A stretch of DNA of 56,697 bases, the filler included, from Sphacelaria rigidula (Eukaryota), in the NCBI GenBank assembly GCA_964200075.2. It is 3 parts of 3 records of this genome, joined end to end, with 100 filler letters (N's around TTAATTAATTAA, not from the genome) between each part and the next. Parts side by side here need not be neighbours in the genome. Positions count along the whole stretch, not along the records: positions 1 to 18,837 come from CAXNAA020000778.1; positions 18,938 to 37,768 come from CAXNAA020000779.1; 1 more part is not named here. The stretch is one strand, 5' to 3'. The notes beneath the pieces were generated by a model, which worked only from the letters and a program-made list of their open reading frames with translations, did no database searches and was not told the DNA's origin. The position numbers and the translations under genes were made by a program. Below are positions 12,137 to 21,298 of this stretch, piece after piece. Position 1 is the first letter of the stretch; every line of letters starts with the position of its first letter.

Positions 12137-13514
12137 TACATGCGGCAGCATAGAAGCCGTGGCTGTCTCTGGAAGTGGCGATACTAGAAAATGCAGCAAC
12201 TCATTGTAGGCTGTCATCCAAAAGTAAGATAATCAGTAGGCTTGAGGCCGAACAATCCTAGCAGGATGCAGCTCACCCTTCATGCGACTCGCCGAGCACA
12301 CCACGGCGCTTCGCGCTTGGTGGTTTGAGTGTGAGCCTGGTCTGGTGAAAACCCGGCGTGCTCCGTCCCGGCTTTGTAGGGATGGGAGGTCAATGGTCTT
12401 ATATGGCATACATGATCATGAGTACACCCCTTATCGTAGCATGGCTCTCCAGCCGAGGTCGCAAAATGGGTACAACCCAGGAAACAAGGTGCAAAAAGAC
12501 ACACACAAAGGGGTCGAAATTTGGAAACATCGGAGTAGACAAGAAGAATCAAGTAGCCAGAGAAAGTACAAAACCAAAACACACTAAAAAACATGGTAAG
12601 CCAAGATCTGCTGCTGAGCCGCGTGCTGTGCGCTGTACGTCGTGCGCTGTGTACTACAAACTGCGTACTGCACAGTACATCGCACGTGCTCCTATGTTGT
12701 GTGTTGTGTGCTTTCGTGCAAACGTTTTCCAGGCCTGCGATCGATCAGACTGGCAGTATAAATGACTAGTTTCAGAGCATGCACGTATTTCAGATCCGCG
12801 GTCGATGATAGCAGAGTTTTCGCCCAAAATATCAGAGCAGGTCAGCATTTAGACCAGTGTTCTCACCCCTACGGTGAAAGATGATGCTCGAGTATGCTCC
12901 TAACATGGAAGTTATGCACGATTATGCTAATTGCTGAAACGCTATGCTATTTATGCCACCAAGGTGAAACTATGCCAGAAATTATGCTAGCATAATAAGT
13001 AGAAGCCTAGAAATGACTCGAGTGCTTGCCCTATTGATTTATTTCCACAACGAGCAATGACTCGAGTGCTCGTCCTATTGATTTTTTTCACCACGGGCTA
13101 CCGAATCCTTTGCTCGAGTCATTTATATTCTCACATGGTATGACTCGTTTAAACGAGTCAGGTATTTGTTTTTTCGGCCAGGTATACCTGATCTTCCAAT
13201 CGTACCTTATCTGGGCCACCAGTCGTCTCAGAAAGTACCCATCCTGGGCCATCGCTTCCCACATTGTTCCCGATGCGGCACACTGCGCGCAAGGTAATCC
13301 ACGCGCCAACTTCAACCATGGCGCCCGCACATTCGACTATTTTCCCGCCCATTTGTCGTTCGCGGACGCCACAACGACCACATGTTACTATCCCTAACGC
13401 TACAGCTATAACCCTTGGGCCGCGAGGGTATAGGTCACCTGCTGATTCGGCATCAATTTCACTTGAAAGCGTGCGTGATCCAGATGGACACCAGCATCGC
13501 AGTCTGAGGCTCAA

Positions 13515-13736
13515 GCCCTCGGGGATCGCACTCCCCACAATGGGATGTTTGTGGCATTTTCGTCCCTTTTCCCCCACAATCGTGTGTCGGTGGCAAGTGT
13601 CCATTTGTGTTGTTTTTAAGTGAAACTGACGCCAATTGGCACCTTTTTGTGAACTGGCATCATTTTCGCTTGAAAACAACGCACATAGACACCTGCCACT
13701 TTCACCCGATTGTGGGGCAAAAGGGGTCCGAAAGGG
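13515..13736. mobile_element. piggyBac-like MITE
   Basis: tcaa|gccctcgggg...ccccacaat and attgtgggg...tccgaaaggg|ttaa. Confidence 0.65.
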
Positions 13737-14449
13737 TTAACACGGAACATGCGATACCATCCCCAGATCGCAACGGGACGGTGTCACATAACACTCCGCT
13801 AGCGCAAAAGACCGACGCGTCGCGAGTTGCGAGTCCCGTTCTTGAGTTGATGCGGAGAGACTCGGGAACCATTTCCGGGTGGAATGGGGTGTGGTCATTG
13901 TGGCGTTCGTGGACGGTGAATGGGCGGAAAAAGTGCCGAATGTGTGGGCGCCATGGTTGAAGTTGGCGCGTGAATCATCTTGCGCACGGTGTGCCGCATC
14001 AGGTACAGTGTGGGGAGCGATGGTCCAGGGGAGGTACTTTATGAGACGACTGGTGGCTCAGATAAGGTACGATTGAAAGATAAGGTATACCTGACCGAAA
14101 TTTGACCTAAAAAGGAAAAGTGGTTTCTGGAGGCGAGAAGTCCCCCTGCGCATGGCCATATTCCGCGAGTATTTTTTTTTTTTTTCTCTGGGTTGTTTCG
14201 AGGCCCCAGGTGCCGGGGAGCCCCCCGATTGCTGTGCGTGAAACATTCGAAGGAAATCGATCAAGATTGTGTGTTTTGCTGTTTTCGCGTTTTTGGTCGA
14301 AAGGCTGAAGGCAAATCCCACTGCCGAATCCATCACCTCCGCTCGGGGAGATCAATCTACTGAACGTCGGCGCTGATGAGAATCCTACCCACTTCTAACA
14401 CTTTGTGACCAGACTTAGCGGCAGCTTCTTCGCGGAACAGTTCATCATG

Positions 14450-14635
14450 CAGAAGTACCCAATGTAACTGAATTTCTGGCGGGCCCAACGACTGCCACAG
14501 GCGAATCTCGATACCACTCCGCCAACGTCTGCAGCCCCCACCCGATGTGTGTGCAGGGCCAAGGCTACTGTGCCCGACCTCGACGGCTCGGAGCTAAAAC
14601 GGGATGGCTTGGCCGAACGCACACTCTTGGTCAAC
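14450..14635 (-). pseudogene. Degenerate second or terminal TPR-like segment
   Basis: QECAFGQAIPF*LRAVEVGHSSLGPAH, then a frameshift to IGWGLQTLAEWYRD; boundaries approximate. Confidence 0.4.
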
Positions 14636-14718
14636 CTTGGCCCACAGCACCAGCGCAACAACATCAACACCACACCATCTCGCCCACACGTCGACACACA
14701 CATTGCCCCGGCTCTCAC

Positions 14719-14841
14719 CTGATCTTGCGACAACCCCGCGCGATTGTTGAGCGTTGTGGCTAACGCAGCGTGCTCCGGGCCGAGAACCTTCATGATCGAC
14801 TGGCACTGCTCGTAGAGGCGCTCGGCCTCGGCAACCTTGCC
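14719..14841 (-). pseudogene. Orphan phase-0 TPR exon of the brown-algal NB-ARC-TPR (kinesin-light-chain-like TPR) type
   Basis: ctgcag|GKVAEAERLYEQCQSIMKVLGPEHAALATTLNNRAGLSQDQ|gtgagagcc; 123 nt, one codon short of the usual 42-aa repeat. Confidence 0.8.
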
Positions 14842-15307
14842 CTGCAGTACATGATGCACGGCCGGCAAACAATAGTCCGTACGTCGGACGAGCACGAGCG
14901 TGACTCGTGGCACTCGCACTCGGTGGGCTGCTCGTTTGACGTAAAAGTGAAAAGGGCAAGCACTCGAGTCATCGCTCGTTGTGGAAAAAAATCATAGGGC
15001 GAGCACTCGAGTCATTGCTCGTGATGAACGACTTCAGTGGAGGAGTCAGCAATCCGACGAGCAAATAATTACAATGAGTTCTTTGACGATGTTGAACCAA
15101 GAATCTTCAAGTTCATATGCATATCTGCACATGTACAAGCGTGAAGCTCCGAAGCTCGTTTTCAGTTTATCCAAGCCCCTGCCCCCACCCCCATCCTCCC
15201 ACACACACACACACATAAAACTTCACCTGTAGCGGCGTAGAGTATCTGTCGAGTAGATAAGTACATTTACATTCACATTTAATGGCAGTGCCGTTTGGTG
15301 CCGGCCG

Positions 15308-17815
15308 ATGAGCAACCCCCCTTCTATGAGTATAGATGCTGGCAAACCAGCAGAGGCGGGTGAGCAGACCACGTTGGAAAAGACGATGCCCAACGGTACA
15401 TTGTGTGGTGACGATGAGGTCGGAGGTGGACATCCAGGAGGTGGACGGTGATGGCAGCAACAAGCCTTCACGCGCCCGCTCAGCGCAGGCAAGTATCGGC
15501 TCGTTTTGACGCCAAGGGGCTGCTCCCGATTGGGCCCCCGTGCCGAGCAGCACCAGCACCAGCGCAGCGGAGTCCGTTCCTGCGGGAAACAAGAAGAAAC
15601 CTGGACCCAAAGCCAAAGCAGGTAAGCTGAGAGGCAGCGCGGCCCGTCCAATAGGTTTGACGCCGCCAGACGAGGTGTAGGTGGCACGTTGTCCGATCGG
15701 CGTGTCTGAGGAGGTGTGATGACGTCTTCAGGAGTTTTCGCCCCCACATGGGTAACGCAAGGTAGATGTAGCTGTTGGCGCAACATCGCTGATTTGGTTC
15801 GCGGGGGTCAAGGTCATTCATGGCGACTTGAAGCAGGCGGCGTGGATCTGCTGCGCCGCTGCCGAGTGCGAGGAGGAGTTGGAGGTGAGGGCGTGGAGTG
15901 GGGCCAACACTAACTGGATTAGGCATCTACCTCAATACGCACGGGCTGCAGTCAATCTGGGGGCGAAACATCAAGGCAACCAAGGCGGAGGCTTGCGACA
16001 GGCTTGGAGCTGCCATGATTTCCAACTTCTTCAATATGGGGATAGGTACGTATGATGTAATATGCAGTGGTGCTGCTTTGTGGTTCAACCAAAAATACTG
16101 TCTATTGTTGATGCGTTGGTCTTCCTCCTGTGTGATCCCGGCTGGTGCGGTCACATGAACCGAAAGGTGTAGAGCGGCGTCCAGAATAGATGGGCCGACA
16201 ACACACACTGAACTGAACTGCCTGTATCGCTGTATGTGTATATGCAATGCAGCGGTACTGCTCCGTGATACAATCAAAAATAAGTGCGTGTGTGTGGGCA
16301 TGTGTAAAATTACAAGTAAGTAACGTTGTTTGTTTGTGTTGACTATTGTACTGCAGTTGTACGTTTGTAGTACCAGGTTCTTGAAGTGGTATTTGCACGA
16401 GTACACAACATGTGGGTGTGTTTGGGATGCGACACCTCCAATAACGTGCTGTACTGCCGTTGTCAGTGTGAGTCGTGATTACCACCAAACGCGCTGAGCT
16501 ACATTTGTGCTGTCCGTATGTCGTATTATTTGACAAAATGTGCTTGAAATGCCGACGACCGGAGAGTGTCACTACTGTACTGCATATTATTCTTACAATA
16601 CCTGACAACACTGCAGTGTGCCTGTGCACAGATTTCAAATTCAAAATTCAAAATTTACAGGGATATACACGTTACACACGTGACACATTCGAAAAAAACG
16701 GAAAAGCGTAACTTTGGGCCAATTAACGCTACGTAAGGTTTGGTTTTTTGGACGGGACAAATACAACGTAATGTGGTGTAACGTGTGGACCTTGAAGCAG
16801 TGTCCCTTGGGATTTTCCAGAATGTAAAAAAATCAGGAAAACAAGCAGATTTTTCGTCGGATTTGGAAAGTAAAACGCCATGTTAGGGCTCATACGGAAG
16901 ACCACACGTTACATCACGTTACGTTACATTTGTCCTATCGAAAAAATCAAACCTTACGTAGCATTGAATGACCCAAAGTTACGTTTTTTCGAATGTGTCA
17001 CGTCAAGGCGTCACGTGTCACGTGTATACCCTTGAAAATTTACGAATCTGCGCTTGTATACGAGTATATAATAGATGTTATCGAGGAGAACCATGTGCAA
17101 TGTACTGTACTGTACTGGACTGTGCTGTGCTGTGCTCTTGACGACTACTGGAGTTCGACTGCTCTGCACGGTTTTTTCTAGCCCTGTCTGTAACTGCTGG
17201 GTACCTTGAGGTGCTCCGTGTACTAGGGTGATACCACAGACTGTATGTTGCAGATATACTGTTGCGTACAGCGATAGCGGTACTTGGTACAGTCGTACCG
17301 CACCTTACTGCAGTACGGTACAAAATCGTCATCGCCTCGTGCCATTTTCATGGAATACGCCCCCGCTTTCAATTTGATGTAGCAGCACCATTTCCCGTTT
17401 CGTCTCGACTCTAACATCAACGCTTCCTCTCCCAATTACATATCTGTCTCGGACTGACGGCGGATACAGGTACGTGATGCAAGCACGCGTTCTGGTGAAG
17501 AGGTTCCTGCCGTTCACTCATGTCGAGGACAAGGATGCGCGACACCACCAAGCAGCGATGATGATGAACCCTGAAGGCAGGTCGGAACCGACGCTGCATC
17601 TCAGTGCGAAAGGGGTGAAACATGTACTCCTCGAGACGTACTCGGCGACGACGGCGGCCGAGACGGGAAGGCTGCAAAACCTCGCGGACAAGGCATGCCT
17701 ACCATGTGCTCACCTCAACGTGGACAAATGGGGCGACGAGGGATCGGGGAGAGCTTTCTTGGGCGTGAGGATGTTCTGGGTGAAAAAATGGAATCTCCAC
17801 AGCTACAACCTCGCG
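15308..17815 (+). pseudogene. Decayed intron-containing hAT transposase (BED zinc finger and start of catalytic domain)
   Basis: 15308-16045: MSNPP...QASIGSF*...SLIWFAG...WICCAAAEC...NTNWIRHL/NTHGLQS (BED-like; stops and frameshifts). Intron 16046-17469. Exon 17470-17815: KRFLPFTHVED...HLNVDKWGDEGSGRAFLGVRMFWVKKWNLHSYNLA, matching the hAT LPF.FVE, D.W and F.GV motifs. Confidence 0.78.
16658..17034. mobile_element. hAT-like MITE inside the transposase intron
   Basis: TIRs cagggatatacacg / cgtgtatacccttg; perfect 8-bp TSD aaaattta; long imperfect inverted arms. Confidence 0.88.
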
Positions 17816-18629
17816 GTAAGCGTAGCACAACAGGCGTACGAGTAGTGAGAGCAGTGTGCCTGGTCTTCAGTTCATCTTGCAGCATGTCGCTTCGCTTCAA
17901 TCATGCTTCATGCTCCCCTCAGCGATGAAGAGGGGAAAAAATATACACGCCGTCTCTGCGTAAAGGGGTCGCCATAGATGGAAACCGTGAAACAATCGAG
18001 AGAAGACCACCAAAGAGAGTACATGCTAGTTCTCCCAAGGGTGCCCCAAAACATCTCAGACCTTATTTCCCCCCCACACACGCTCCCCCCCCCCCCCTTC
18101 GACGGTCGTGGGATTTATTTTTCCTTCACATGAAGAAACACCGAACATATAGCCCTTTTGGGGCGACTTGGGTGATGCAGCGCCTTTGATGACCCTCTCT
18201 GCCACCATAAGATGCGACGTACGGTAGACGCATACTGACGGTGCAGATAGATGCGTGTAGCGTGATTTAGCAAGCATTGCAGAGCATCGTGGTATTCGTC
18301 TGGTTTTGTTCTTGTCGTGGAAGTGTGATGTGCAGTGTATTGCCGCAGCCTAAAAACATAACTTGCGTTCACTCGACTCCAACGTTGTCCGAAGAATTGA
18401 AGCTTCATCACCGCAAATGTTTAATTGACGGACATCATGCGTCAATGCCAAATATGTATTGCACGATAAAGGCACATTGACTCATCGTTATCGACGTCAT
18501 GTTCGGTAGATCGGCACCTGAAATACTGAGAAGCCCAACAGCCACTTGGAACAAAGCTAAATACTGTTTTTTTCATGAAAGTTTTCTTTCAACAAACGCA
18601 GCTTTTAAGATGCGGTTTGTATGAGATCT

Positions 18630-18837
18630 AGTAACCCCCCATATATTTGCATGGCCCAATGGACGCTGCGAAGAATATGAAGTTGCGATTTCGGGTGGGG
18701 AGACCTGCCAGAAAGAAGGAAAAGATATAACAGTAGTCGAAAGGAAGAAGAAGTAGATCGACAGAATTGCCTCTCTGGCAAAGCAATAGAGAGCAGAAGT
18801 CATATAGTGGCAGAATGTGAACAATACAAGGAGGAAC
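18630..18837 (+). mobile_element. LINE C-terminal (zinc-knuckle region) fragment
   Basis: GPMDAAKNMKLRFRVG...KEEEVDRQNCLSGKAIESRSHIVAECEQYKEE, a degenerate C..C..E...H....C motif. Confidence 0.7.
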
Positions 18838-18937
18838 NNNNNNNNNNNNNNNNNNNNNNNNNNNNNNNNNNNNNNNNNNNNTTAATTAATTAANNNNNNN
18901 NNNNNNNNNNNNNNNNNNNNNNNNNNNNNNNNNNNNN
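18838..18937. other. Artificial contig linker
   Basis: 44 N + TTAATTAATTAA (stops in all six frames) + 44 N. Confidence 0.97.
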
Positions 18938-19022
18938 ACAAATGAGTACGCCCCCCCCCCCCTTCGATGGGTTCTAGATGAACCACTCGACAACAGTGGA
19001 AAATGACTTCGCTGCTGTTTAA

Positions 19023-20412
19023 CCCTATTGGGACCGACTCCCCAACTGACACGGGATTGACCATGTATTAGTAAAATAGTTGCAAAAAACTCAGGGAGCG
19101 ATCTGCTCAATCACCCAGTAGACCTTAAGAAATGTACGTGAACAATGCGTAGTACTCGATATTACTTTATTTCAGACTGAAGAGAGTTATTATAAAATTC
19201 ATGATCTAGGGGGGGGGGGTGAGGGGGTGAGCAGTAGACCCAACTCGTCCAGAACGTGTTTAGGTCCAAAATCGGTTCAAAGGCGTTGATTTGAGCCCTG
19301 GCGACGCACATTTTGCTCAAGAAACACGGTGCACCCACCCACCCCTGCCCGAGGGTTCTCGGTATGCCTTGGTCGGGGTCAGGTTTAGGGTTAGGGTTGG
19401 CGGCATCTATTTAGTACCAACCAGTGTATACGTACATCTCTCCAAGTCCCCTCCAATCACGGCGAGGCAAAATTATTCGTTCAGACCCGAACGACCAGTG
19501 CGGGGATTGTTACCGAATATGATGTCACCGTCAAGATCGTATGGGGGTCGTGTCCCTGGCCCAGATATAATGCCTTCCCAGGTATCCAAAGCCCGGATTG
19601 TCCGGGAAACGATTTCTCGTTTTACTTACATTTACTATAGCGCTCCCGTGGTTCCCCGGATGCTTTTTTGAGTCGCCAGTTTATACTGAAACGTAGTAGT
19701 TACACTAACACATGATTGGTGGGGAAAAGTCGGGAAAAAGCGTACACGCCACCTTGTGGCCATTTTCACGAGGGCACTAAACGAGAGCTGAACCGTGGAA
19801 CGAGAGAAGGAGCTATCGTCATGAGTTTCGCCTATCCCTCTGCCGATCCCTTGAAGTGTGCAGTAAACTTATATGTAGTGGGCGGGGACGAACACGTTGT
19901 GTATAGGGAGCTGATCTCCGTAGCCGAGAACTCCCCAGAACGTGTAAGGGAGTATGCAGCGGCAGCTGCTGCTGCAGTCGGAAAGACGTACTACACTGTA
20001 TGCGCCGCAACGCCCATGCCCTTCAAACAGAATTTGTCGCTTGCAACAAAGAATGAAATTACGGGCCACCCCGACCACAAAGCGTTGTGTGGCAAGGTGA
20101 TGGGGACAATGATATCATCCAAAGCCACAAGTGACGGGCGGCCGGCCGCTACATCCCGTTGAAAGCTCTCTACGACGACCAAAACTGCTTGATACATCTG
20201 TACATTACCTAATGCGCACCCCACCTGAATTACAGTTTGTACCTGCACCTGACACTAGATTGGATGAAATTTACGGTCTACCTTTTAACTCCTAACCCTG
20301 CGGTTACACAACGTGGATTTCTAGCAACATGAAGGCACTGTTTCGTGCAGACAGGAGACACGCCATCCTAACCAGGCTGATTGGTCGTTCTGGAGGCCTG
20401 GTCCCAAAAGGG
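19023..20412 (+). mobile_element. piggyBac-like non-autonomous element, copy 2
   Basis: TTAA|ccctattgggacc ... ggtcccaaaaggg|tcga; homologous to 9592-10614. Confidence 0.8.
19115..19452. mobile_element. MITE nested in piggyBac-like copy 2
   Basis: TSD tcaatcac / ccaatcac; absent at the equivalent site of copy 1 (gaatcacggcgagg); imperfect TIRs; internal tttagggttaggg. Confidence 0.8.
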
Positions 20413-20739
20413 TCGAAACAAGACTGTATGACTCAGGGATCAGTTAAGAACGGCGGAGTTGACGGTATATGTCAACATGCACACGCCGGACAGCTCATGA
20501 GCTACCTGGATATTACTTGTTATTAGACTACTGATCCGGATCATCAGCTAGCTCATTTGGTCACTATTTCCGCAATACATTTAGCTCTCGACAGAGATGG
20601 ACGCTGAGCACGCGATGTAGCGGGGAGGTAACGCTCTGGCTTCTCGGACACTGCTGTCACGTGTTTTGTGTTTTGGTACATGGATCTGAAAGTTCTCTTC
20701 GATTAGTTGTTTGAGGTAGCTCGTGAGCTGTGCGACGTA

Positions 20740-20800
20740 TGATTGATTGATGATTGATTGTCGCACTTTAACTGACCCCCCAGGGGTCCATCCGTGGTCT
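20740..20800 (-). repeat. Dispersed repeat ending in (CAAT)n, probable retroelement 3' end; also ~2627-2665 and ~34678-34745
   Basis: Shared tgattgattgtcgcact(ttaactga). Confidence 0.6.
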
Positions 20801-21044
20801 CATGATAGACGTACCCAAGAAAAACGAAACTGAAACACGCTCTAAGGGGAAAAGAAAAAAAAAGAACAGAACGACATAGCAGACTAAGTCGTGACAAAAA
20901 TAAAGGTTAATAAAAGGTCAACACAAGCAAAGCACAGAAAGAAATGGCCAACCTAAAACAAGAGAAAGTACACAGCAAATAAAATAAAATACAATGAAAC
21001 GATGGAAAAAGAAAAAAAGAAGAGGCCGTATGATATGTTGTCAC

Positions 21045-21073
21045 TGGGGCGGGCCGTGCTTGCACCTATAAAA
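21045..21073 (+). promoter_or_regulatory. Possible GC box and TATA box upstream of the hairpin
   Basis: ggggcggg at ~21045 and TATAAAA at 21067-21073; motif match only. Confidence 0.25.
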
Positions 21074-21102
21074 GGGCTGCTCAAGCTGCCGCGCCATGGT
21101 TC

Positions 21103-21298
21103 ACGGCGTGAAATATTTCCCACCTTGGACAATATACGGTCAATAGATGCAATAGACGAGGAGCGTACTGCATAGAGTATAGGCCTATGCAAAACGGCCG
21201 ACAATAGTCGCAATAGGCCTATACTCTATGCAGTACGTCTCCTGTCTATTGCAACTATTGACCGTATGTTGTCCAAGGTGGGAAATATTTCACGCCGT
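21103..21298. repeat. Near-perfect inverted repeat (~86-bp arms, ~20-nt loop); MITE or miRNA-like hairpin
   Basis: The arms differ by two substitutions and single-nucleotide bulges. Confidence 0.92.

Larger units (their letters stand above)
10642..13009. mobile_element. hAT-like non-autonomous element inserted into the 43-bp array
   Basis: TIRs taggctcaattattatgcta / tagcataataagtagaagccta; TSD gtaatgac / gaaatgac; subterminal ttatgct repeats; removing it restores an array unit. Confidence 0.8.
9320..13171 (-). mobile_element. Truncated family-A hAT-like copy (right end) with an expanded ~43-bp tandem array
   Basis: Starts cacacgtcgggcgag and matches the reverse complement of 2170-2440; units ttccacaacgagcaatgactcgagtgctcgccc at 9417-9584 and 13010-13075. 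Confidence 0.8.
9121..14297. mobile_element. Long-TIR foldback (Mutator-like) element whose left arm is split by insertions
   Basis: 9121-9319 plus 13172-13392 together form the reverse complement of ~13878-14297 (~420-bp arms); TSD not resolved. Confidence 0.75.
14878..17815 (+). mobile_element. Family-A hAT element, formerly autonomous copy (left end and transposase; right end not seen)
   Basis: 14878-15350 is colinear with 330-910 and is followed by the transposase remnants. Confidence 0.75.

Noticed and set aside
18882..18893. TTAATTAATTAA palindrome (also 37813-37824)
   Set aside because: Artificial six-frame-stop linker inside the N runs.
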